The translations under genes were made by a program, and so were the position numbers. A DNA stretch of 64,000 bases from Histomonas meleagridis 2922-C6/04-290x (taxonomy: Eukaryota > Protista > Parabasalia): positions 124,001-188,000 of the forward strand of contig JAANOX010000082.1 of assembly GCA_020184695.1 (NCBI GenBank), read 5' to 3'. Position 1 is the first letter of the stretch. Every line of letters starts with the position of its first letter. The notes beneath the pieces were generated by a model. The model was not told the origin of the DNA. It saw only the letters and a program-made list of their open reading frames with translations, and did no database searches. Shown piece after piece: positions 9,777 to 18,834 of the stretch.

Positions 9777-11276
9777 TCACTCTACATTACTTTCTTTATT
9801 AGTGTCATTGCCACTAGTAACATCCATTGAATCCACATTCCAATCAGCTATGAGTTTTAGCATAGTAACTTTGGCCAAATGAACATATTCTTTGATGCAA
9901 TCTTTTGGTAAATCTTGTATTTGTACGATGTTTGAGCTGATTATCTGAGCATACGGTTCCACATCTTTATTTCCATTTTTACAAATTTTCCGAATAAATT
10001 GTGTTAAGTAAGCTAAAGTATCTTTTTGGATCTTTGGTAAGTTGTTAATTACTTTAGGGATGTCATCCAACGGAACATCTTTAACATCGTTAATAGATAT
10101 CAAAGGAGGTTGTAACTTACTTAGAAATCGTTTTAACAATGAGCCTAATTCTTTTACCGTTGCATTTTGTAAGACATCTTTACCTGCTTCGATATCGACC
10201 ACCAATGAATTTAATCTTTCGGAATCAGTATTAAATAATATATCTTCAACATCACCACGTGCGATTAATGTTTCACAAAGCTTTTGCAAAAATAATGGTA
10301 ATGGTGAGTTATTGTATGAATAAAAGTTTTGCACATACAAAATTTCAGACAAAGACGATCCAAACAAATGGCGGAGTTTGTTCTCAATAATTGTGTCAAT
10401 GTACGTATCGTTCAGGTCACTTGGCGGTTTCCCTTTGATGAGCGTGACGAATCGGATATATGACAAACGTGAGATACGTGCAATGACTTTGTTGATGTCA
10501 TATGAATATGTGGAAAGAAATGAGCGAACTAATGATTGAACTTTTTGTGAAGGAATGAGTATTGTACACATAACTAAGATTAAATCCCACCCTCTATAAC
10601 AAGCATCATTGGATTTACATGTGTATACTTGTCGAAGTAATTCTACATACGTTTCATCAATTAATATAGGTGACTCATTGGCAATATGGATAAATTGTGA
10701 AATTGGAGTTGTCTCAGAATCATTCATATAATGGACAATATAGGTAAAGGTAAGCACAGCTTTTTTGGCAAGTTTGGAATCGGAAATTTCTAATAATGGC
10801 ATCATATTTGGATTTTCATCATATGATAATACGTCCGCACGTGCGTTAGACTTTTTCTTGCCTACTTTACGGAAGTTCTTTTGTGCAAAATCTTGGAACA
10901 AAACAGTATCTTTATCAGTAAGAATTGAAAGAGGCAAATATGGAGGTAAATCAGAGCTAATTTTGGTTTCACATGAAAAGAGAGTGGCTTTTCGCCCTCT
11001 ATGGCGTGTAATGATCTTTTGTTGTGAATTTGTATGTTTAGTTAATAAAGGAGTTGATCGAAGTTTGCCATTTTCATTTCGTACTAAAGACCTCAGCGAA
11101 TTATGGCTTGCTTGCTTATAACTAATCTGCATATTTGTGGTTCCATCATAAATAATTGAATTATCTGGAACATTCCAATATACCTTATTTTTAATTGGTT
11201 CATGAAAGTAGTTTTTTCCATTGTTTGTTTTGAATAAATAGAAAATTGTTCTACTTGCACTTGCTTTGGATATCAT
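9777..11276 (-). CDS. WW-MyTH4-RhoGAP protein (ARHGAP39/Vilse-like architecture)
   Basis: N-terminal WW-like GKNYFHEPIKNKVYWNVP, MyTH4 DETYVELLRQV..RGWDLILVMC..IPS, and RhoGAP LPLFLQKLC..LGSLLKRFLSKLQPPLI. Confidence 0.8.
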   Translation of the reverse strand: MISKASASRTIFYLFKTNNGKNYFHEPIKNKVYWNVPDNSIIYDGTTNMQISYKQASHNSLRSLVRNENGKLRSTPLLTKHTNSQQKIITRHRGRKATLFSCETKISSDLPPYLPLSILTDKDTVLFQDFAQKNFRKVGKKKSNARADVLSYDENPNMMPLLEISDSKLAKKAVLTFTYIVHYMNDSETTPISQFIHIANESPILIDETYVELLRQVYTCKSNDACYRGWDLILVMCTILIPSQKVQSLVRSFLSTYSYDINKVIARISRLSYIRFVTLIKGKPPSDLNDTYIDTIIENKLRHLFGSSLSEILYVQNFYSYNNSPLPLFLQKLCETLIARGDVEDILFNTDSERLNSLVVDIEAGKDVLQNATVKELGSLLKRFLSKLQPPLISINDVKDVPLDDIPKVINNLPKIQKDTLAYLTQFIRKICKNGNKDVEPYAQIISSNIVQIQDLPKDCIKEYVHLAKVTMLKLIADWNVDSMDVTSGNDTNKESNVE

Positions 11277-11849
11277 TATCGAAATGTCACTTTTGGAAAA
11301 CAGGTGGATAATTCTGAATAAAAATAATTATTTTATTGTGTTAACAGCAAATTTGATCGCATATTTTATTTCGATAATGTAAAAAATAAAGAAGTGTTAT
11401 GAATTTAATGTTTGTTTTGTTTAAATGAATTTATTTATTGCCTGGGAGAAACATTGTTATTTTGTAAAAATAATGAGAAAGTGAAATGACAAAATTTGAA
11501 TGATTATTTGACTTTTTCATAAGGCAAAATGCTTTGTTTTCAGAAATTAAACGTTTAACCGGCAAATAATCATTTTATGACAGAGCACCCCTGTTATAAA
11601 ATGCGACTTGAAGTTCGCACAAGAAATTCTCCTTAAATTTTAATCTTATAAAATGTAATCCTGAGATCGAAGAAAAATTTAACCAGATCTTCACAAAAAA
11701 GATGTTGATTTGAGATTTTTTTTAATTTGTAATTTAGTTGTTTTGATTATGCTAGTTTAATGATTTTTCTTTGATAAGGAGTAAAAGAACGAAATTTAAT
11801 TTTTATATAACAAATATTTTTTTTTAAATCAATCCCTTTGATCTGATTT

Positions 11850-12293
11850 TATGGTACTTCTACAGAAAGCTTTGTTGAAAAATTACAGCAACTTCTTGTA
11901 CAGTGCGATTTTACATTTCAAGAAGAAAAAACATAACTAAAATCAACACCACCACCTCCACCAGAACAGAAACCTACACCTACATCAGCACCTAAACCAA
12001 AACCAACTCCAGCACTAAAACCCAAATCAGCAACTTCTGATAATACAGAGCAAAAAATAGCAAATCCTAAACCAACACCAAAACAAGAGAAACCAAAAGT
12101 CACAAAAACTTTGGTTTCTTCATTATACGAATCCTTCCCTGATTCATCAATACCAAATTCCTCTAGAATATCAAAAACAAAACCACAGCCCAAACCTTCA
12201 AAACCTGAGCGTCCCATTCCATCTCAATCACCATCACCCAAGGAAATAATTCATGATTGTTCACAACCTCCCACCATATCAAGAAGAAATTGA
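11850..12293 (+). pseudogene. Remnant of a Pro/Lys-rich protein
   Basis: Frame FYGTSTESFVEKLQQLLVQCDFTFQEEKT*LKSTPPPPPEQKPTPTSAPKPK... has an in-frame stop and no start. Confidence 0.35.
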
Positions 12294-12490
12294 ATCCAAA
12301 CCAATCAAATCCAAGCAAGATAAGTGGGCTAATTTTAATCGGCGCTCAGCCCAAAGCCACGAAACAGAAGACCTCAGCAAGAAGCCGAAGACTCGGACAC
12401 ATCGGGCATTGAAAAACCTCCACGATACGTGATTTCATTATATAAATTTTACATCTTAAGAAATTAAATCGTTTTTATTTATTCTATTTC

Positions 12491-13918
12491 TCATTCTTTA
12501 CATATTAAATCCAATACCTTTGTAGCCTTTTCGCTTATATTTTCATCATCAATTACGACCAAGTCATTTAAAATATCCATTAAATCGTTTGAAAAGAACT
12601 CATCAATTTGTTGCGACAATTGGTTTCCATTTTTCAAGACACAGTATATGTTTCCTATCATATCCAATGCCTGGATTACGAAATCTTCATTCGACGAAGA
12701 CATCACTTCAGTTACCACATACATTACTCCGCTATTAAATAACTCCTGAATATAATTAATATCGGAAGTTATTGTAGCAATTATCAAAGCGAATAAACAT
12801 AATTCTTTTTTACTTTCGAAAGACAAATTTTCTTTTTCTTGACAAAACTTTTGTAAAATTGGTATAATTGGTAAAACTTTTATAATGTTATTATCGATTT
12901 CAATGTATTTTAATAATATTTTGATAGATATCGAACAATATTTCCCATTCATATTCCATAAAATTAAATCACAAATAGTTTCAGGTTTTACAATTCGATA
13001 TAATACATTAACAATTTCGGGAGGCGACTTATCTATTAATAGATATATTACATTAAGTATCGAATACCAATATTTTTCTTGGTTTACATCTTTTAAAAAT
13101 GTAAATAGATACGCAATTAAACCATGTTCTGCAATTAGTGTTGGCGTAAATGGATATTTTTCAATGAGTAAAAATAATATACTATTGATTTCAATAAGTA
13201 ATTTATACTGCTTTTTGTTTAATAAATCGATAAATAATAATATAAATTTGTCAATGATTTCAACGGGTGTATTGTCTTGGAATTCGAAAAAAGCTATGAA
13301 GAAATGAAGAATTGCTTTTTCAGATTTAACAACATCAAGAGTTGGCTCTGGTATTGCGGTACAGTTCGCTTCAAGTACAGTAAGAAAATGCATAGGTAAT
13401 AACGAAGTCATAAACGGTTGATAAAAATCATCCGAAAATGATAATATTGAACCTGATATTTGTGCCATGTAGCGGGCAGAAAAAATGGTGTCATTTTGTG
13501 TTAGTAACATGGAAAAACTTTTAAAAATATCAAGTGATATTAAATTATAAGCTATTTCATTTGATCGCAATGTACTAAATAAAAGAGTTTGAAAAGCATT
13601 TTCGCGTGTGGAAAACTCAAAGTTGGAACACGCAATATTCAGAATAACAGGTAACGCATTTGTTTTCAGAATTAATTGATGATCACAATTTTTAACTTGA
13701 ACAAATTTCGAAATAGTATTAATGTTTGCTTTAAGGACAGGATAGTTTTGTGATTCATAAGCTTGAACAAGTATTTCTAAATCACCAACAAAATTGTATG
13801 TTTGATTTGCAAATGACAGTGGAGCTTCTTGTTCACTAAAGGTAGGCGTTGTAATCATAAGCATTTTTTGCATTTGGCGAATATCATTGGGATTTCTCAG
13901 TTTGTATGTGCTATTCAT
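12491..13918 (-). CDS. Armadillo/HEAT-repeat protein (importin-alpha-like helical repeats)
   Basis: 475-aa helical ORF ending in ARM-like ELFNSGVMYVVTEVMSSSNEDFVIQALDMIGNI..LNDLVVIDDENISEKATKVLD. Confidence 0.65.
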   Translation of the reverse strand: MNSTYKLRNPNDIRQMQKMLMITTPTFSEQEAPLSFANQTYNFVGDLEILVQAYESQNYPVLKANINTISKFVQVKNCDHQLILKTNALPVILNIACSNFEFSTRENAFQTLLFSTLRSNEIAYNLISLDIFKSFSMLLTQNDTIFSARYMAQISGSILSFSDDFYQPFMTSLLPMHFLTVLEANCTAIPEPTLDVVKSEKAILHFFIAFFEFQDNTPVEIIDKFILLFIDLLNKKQYKLLIEINSILFLLIEKYPFTPTLIAEHGLIAYLFTFLKDVNQEKYWYSILNVIYLLIDKSPPEIVNVLYRIVKPETICDLILWNMNGKYCSISIKILLKYIEIDNNIIKVLPIIPILQKFCQEKENLSFESKKELCLFALIIATITSDINYIQELFNSGVMYVVTEVMSSSNEDFVIQALDMIGNIYCVLKNGNQLSQQIDEFFSNDLMDILNDLVVIDDENISEKATKVLDLICKE

Positions 13919-14273
13919 GTGAGACTTAAACGAACTCTTTCTGAACTTTGGAGCACCCCGTTGATTATGTCGATTTAATTATTATTCAAAACTTTAATAT
14001 TTTTCTTTATTTATTTTATAAAATCAAGTTATCATAATATTTATAACATAACAAAGAAAAATTTATCCAAATTTTTTTCTTATTTGATTTATTTTTTTTT
14101 ACACAAACGATTGAAACACATATTAAACTATGAAAAGTTAATGTTTTTATGGATTTGCTATAATAAACATATAATATATATTAGAAAGCATGAGATTCGA
14201 TAAATAACGAAAAAGTTTGTATTTATTAAATTAATAAACAAATTAAAATATTATGTTCTTAAAATATGTTTAT

Positions 14274-15708
14274 TTATATCTGACTGATAAATTTTTCTTC
14301 TTTGAAATCGTCTGCAAATTGATCTTCTTCAATATTTGAATTATTAATCCCAACTGAAAATGTATTATCGATTTCATTAATTTTATTATTATTTTCATCT
14401 GAAATATTCATTTCTTCTTCATTTTGTTTTCGCTTCTTATTTTGGTATTTAATCATAAATATTATTATTATCATTACAAATACAATAATTATTACAATTA
14501 CAATAACAATTATAATGATAATTAATGTATTATTATCATCAGTGTTTATTATTACATCGATATAAGAAATATAAAAGAAATTCGAATAATAAGTAAAATA
14601 TTATAAATAATATATATAATCGAAACAAATATATTTAGTTTCAGATTCAATGAAAGTAATTGAATAAAATTTTAAGAAAGTATAATGATAAACTGATAAA
14701 GTTTTTGTATATGATGAAGAATAAGTTAAAGTATTAGTATTAACGAATGAAAAATTCATCGAAAATGTATTAACAAAAGTATTTGAATCAAAATTACTTT
14801 TTGTTCTCGTAAATGTATTTAACTTAGTTAATGTTTAAATTAACATATGTATTTAAATTAGTGAATGTATCACTTTGTGTGAATGTGCATGTTGGCTGGT
14901 GACATTCGTCAAGTGTTGTTCCCTTAGTAACACTCATATTTCCAAATGTTTCATTTTGATATGTTTCTAATGTCATAACTGTTGTCGCTTTTATATTAAC
15001 AAATGTATCATTTTTTATTTCTGGTGAAATTACTCCATTAAAATGAATACATTGAAGTGATGTACAATTAATAAATGCATATAAACCAATATAATTGACA
15101 TTTGCACCAATAAAAATTCTTTCTAAATTATTACAACTTGCAAAAGCATAATCCATAATAGAAGTGACTAAATTCGGAATTGTAAATGTTTTACTTTTCA
15201 TATTTGGATAACAAATAATTTGTGTAATTTCTTTAGCATATAAAACGCCATCATTTTGATAATTCGAATATCCAATATTTTCTTCTGAAACATTAATAAA
15301 TTGAAGTTTTGTACATTCTAAAAATGGATTCCCAATCGAAGTAACAGAAATTGGTATATAAATATTCACAAGGTTTGTACATCCTCTGAATGCATCAGAT
15401 CCAATACTTCGTACGCCTACATCTAAAGTTATCGTTTCAAGTCTTGTACATTTATAAAATGCATTACCACCAATGTTATTACAACGAATTGTAATATTGT
15501 TTGATGAAATACATTCATAAAATGCACCGTCTCCAATTGAACTCATTAATTTTTCTGGAAATTGCACATATTCTAATTGTTTACATGATGCAAATGCTCC
15601 ATTATTCATATTCATATAATCTTTTGAAAGATCATTCAAATCAGATACTGTGAGTGTTTTTGTCTCTGCTTCATATGATTGCTTTGTATTAACAAAAAAT
15701 ATTATCAT
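14274..15708 (-). pseudogene. BspA-like LRR surface protein, disrupted (copy 1)
   Basis: TpLRR repeats (IGDGAFYEC, IGSDAFRGCTNL), a Thr-rich stalk, TM and acidic tail. Frameshift/stop at about 14824 and in-frame TAA at 14601-14603. Confidence 0.8.
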
Positions 15709-16828
15709 CAAAATCAAAAAAATTTTGAAATTTTGTTTATTTTTGTGACAAATTAAATAACTTTTATAAAATATTTTATAATAAAAAAAAGAATATTAAA
15801 AATAATTAAAAATGAAATAATATACAAATTGTTAATTGTCGATTTAAATATTCCACAAAAGAAATTCCTCAAAAAATAAAATATTTTTACTTTATTTATT
15901 ATATAAATATCAAAATATATTGATTTTTTAAAAGAATAAAATGATTTTTAAATTTCAAAGAAGAAATTAATTCGTAAACATTTTTTTATGTATCAAATAG
16001 TTTTATAAATAAATGAGTTAATAAATGATAATATTTATAACTTATTTTATGAATCTTTTCATATGAGAAAAATAAAATTTTGCTATTTGATTTTTGATAT
16101 TATTTAACAAATAATGAGTATATTCGTTCTGAATATATTTATTTGCTGTTTCATTTTTGTTTTTGAAATTTATATATTTTATATTTTTATGAAGAATATT
16201 TTCATCATGAAATATGTTGGAAATAAAGTCAATAAAATAAATGCTGAAAGTAATTAACAGATGTATTTCATTATTTTTCATTAATTTGATGCTTGCAATT
16301 GGAAGATATATTCTCGATTTAAACTCGAACAAAGAACTTTCAAATTTTCATCAGAAATGTGTGAAATTGGTTGTTTTCCATCTGAAATTGAAATTATGAT
16401 CGAAAATTTAATGCACCAATATTAAAATCAACTATTATATACACAAAACGCAATTATTTAAGATCTTTATCTAGATGTTAACAAAAGAATGAACTTTTAT
16501 TCAGATACATATATTGGACAAACTCAGTAAACAAATATGAACAAAACATAAATACTCCATATATTTTGAATAGAAATTGGGTATCTATAGATGAACAAGG
16601 AGTGTTTATGAATTCTGGCTTGCCAACTACAGTAGTTTACTAATAAAACAATTGGAAGGATTGTGTATCTAGTGGTACCGTTTTATAGAACTCTAATAAA
16701 AAGATATGAATCTGCCTTCGTCAACGGTTTTGGCCATATTCCCATTTTGAATAATTTACTAAAAATTGCGCTGGCAGCCGTTAATTAAAAAACAACCAAA
16801 TTCAGGAAGCAACCAAGTTCTCAAACCA

Positions 16829-17950
16829 ATGGTAAATTTAATCAATACTTTCTTTAGAGAGAAGATCGTAAGACGTGGCCCAATAGCAGTTGTTTTTTTC
16901 CTGTTTATTTGTGATATTGCATTGATTTTTATTAATATTTCTTTTCCCCGCAGAATGCCAAAAGATGAGTTATGGATAACTGATTATGACGTTGATGTAG
17001 TATATTCATGGGTTGATGGTGAAGATAAGTACTGGCAAGAAAAAAAGACCAAAGCCGAATTAGATTTTAAACATCTTACACGACCAAATGTAGACAAAGG
17101 GCGCTTCATCAATTTTGAAGAAATCAGGTATTCACTTCGTTCAGTTGAGAAGTTTGTTCCATGGGTTCGTAAAGTTTTTATAATAACAGATAATCAAACC
17201 ATCCCATATATCAAACGTGACCATCCCAAGATTGTTTATGTTGATCATAAAACCATATTTCCCAAGGAAGCATTACCATGTTTTAATTCCAATTCCATTG
17301 AACATTCCATTTCCAATATTCCAGGTCTTTCAGAAAACTTTTTATATCTCAACGATGACTTTTTCTTTTCACGGCCACAGTCCAAGAAAGAATATTTTGT
17401 CCGCAAAGGAGTACCGAAATATCATGTCATCAATGAACGGTGGCAAGATGTTCACGAAGAATACTATAAATTATCGCAGCATCCGAACCGTAGTGACTCA
17501 GATAAAACGAATTATTTTGCCTCGTTATATTATACCGCAAGTTTGTTCCACAATTTAACAGGCGTCTATCCATATAGTCGTAACTTCCATAGTGTATTCC
17601 CATGTACGCTCACCATAATGCGCGAAGCGTATAAAATATTTGGCGAAACTATTAACCAAACAATTGCCCATCATTTCCGAGAATATAACGATATCATGTT
17701 CCAATTGTCATCGATTTTGGCGTGCGTCAAAAACCCGAAACTATGTAAAATGTATTCGCATGGAGAAAAGAGTTATTACGCAAAAGAAATTAATTTCCAC
17801 GTCGACCATAACCCGTTCAGGAAAATTAAGGCAAAGAACTATTTGTCTGTTTGCGTAAATACAGGAGGATCAACTATAGACGATTATAGGAAATATGCAA
17901 AGATATGGCTGGAGCAATGGCTGCCGGAAAAGTCAAGTTTCGAAATTTGA
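16829..17950 (+). CDS. Stealth-family (capsular polysaccharide hexose-1-phosphotransferase-like) type II membrane protein
   Basis: CR1 DVDVVYSWVDGED, CR2 EIRYSLRSVEKFVPWVRKVFIITD..FNSNSIE..IPGLSENFLYLNDDFFF, CR4 HHFREYNDI, and an N-terminal TM. First ATG is at 16829. Confidence 0.9.
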   Translation: MVNLINTFFREKIVRRGPIAVVFFLFICDIALIFINISFPRRMPKDELWITDYDVDVVYSWVDGEDKYWQEKKTKAELDFKHLTRPNVDKGRFINFEEIRYSLRSVEKFVPWVRKVFIITDNQTIPYIKRDHPKIVYVDHKTIFPKEALPCFNSNSIEHSISNIPGLSENFLYLNDDFFFSRPQSKKEYFVRKGVPKYHVINERWQDVHEEYYKLSQHPNRSDSDKTNYFASLYYTASLFHNLTGVYPYSRNFHSVFPCTLTIMREAYKIFGETINQTIAHHFREYNDIMFQLSSILACVKNPKLCKMYSHGEKSYYAKEINFHVDHNPFRKIKAKNYLSVCVNTGGSTIDDYRKYAKIWLEQWLPEKSSFEI

Positions 17951-18306
17951 TGTGATCACTTTGATAATAAATAAAAAATATATCTTAAATTCTATAAGTT
18001 TTAGTAAACTAAAAATTTATATATTATTTAATTTGTTATGAATTTTCTACAAAATAAATCAGTTGAAGAACTTAAATGGTTTTTAAAGACATTAGATCAT
18101 TATCCAAATATGATGTGATATTATTTCGAAATTTTATATCTTTTTTGAATATTTTGTGCTTCAGACCGTTAAGTAAGATTTTTAAATTTAAAGTCAAATT
18201 TAAGTTTTTACCTATGCAAATATCTGCAAAGTGATGCTTTTATTTATAAAAATGATTTTTAAATGTGGTTGTATATTGGAATTCCCCAACAATATAAATT
18301 TATATA

Positions 18307-18549
18307 CAGTACCGGACACGAAAATCTGTCCATCGGCCATAAATTTCTGTCCAAAAAATAACCGCTGTTTAGAGTAAACGGCCGCGAGCCGAAAACATTG
18401 TCCATCGGCCGGAAATTTCTGTCCAAAGTCTTTTGGGCTAAAACGGTTTTGCAGCGAGCCAAAAAAATTGTCCATCGTTTACTTCAAATGCCGATCATTT
18501 CGTGGACAGAAATTTCCGGCCGGTGGACAGATTTTCGTGTCCGGTACTG
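18307..18549. mobile_element. 243-bp MITE, Tc1/mariner type
   Basis: TIRs of about 47 bp (CAGTACCGGACACGAAAATCTGTCCA...) at both ends, TA target duplication at 18305-06 and 18550-51, and an internal third copy of the subterminal motif near 18399-18425. Confidence 0.92.
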
Positions 18550-18834
18550 TAAAATGGTATTTAAGGTATTTCAAAATTGAAATTTTCAATGCGATTTGAT
18601 CAGATCTGAATTGAGAATATATTTGGTCTTGACGTTAGCTGTTTTCGATTATTTCAGACACGAACACGAACTTTTTCAGTCAGTGTAATTGTGATGTTTT
18701 AACTCCTTCTAAAAATACACCTTCTGCAATCCAATCAATTTTATACCAAAACTTGATAATGTATTTAATAAAGCACAAACTGTTTCAAAATTGCATCCAA
18801 ATATTTTTAAAATTTTATTTATGTATAAGGATAT

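Noticed and set aside
11918-12217. Gly/Phe-rich minus-strand ORF
   Set aside because: It is the antisense of a Pro/Lys-rich plus-strand remnant (CCA/AAA codons).
14601-14603. TAA/TAG reassignment to Gln as an explanation for in-frame stops
   Set aside because: Most intact genes in the window terminate at TAA and their long ORFs have no internal TAA/TAG. The ankyrin spacers also change frame, which recoding cannot fix.
16100-16745. Decayed coding-like stretch upstream of the Stealth gene (e.g. VSIDEQGVFMNSG)
   Set aside because: Too fragmented to assign a family or boundaries.
18212-18580. Three short track ORFs with repeated peptide motifs
   Set aside because: They arise from the inverted and internal repeats of the 243-bp MITE.
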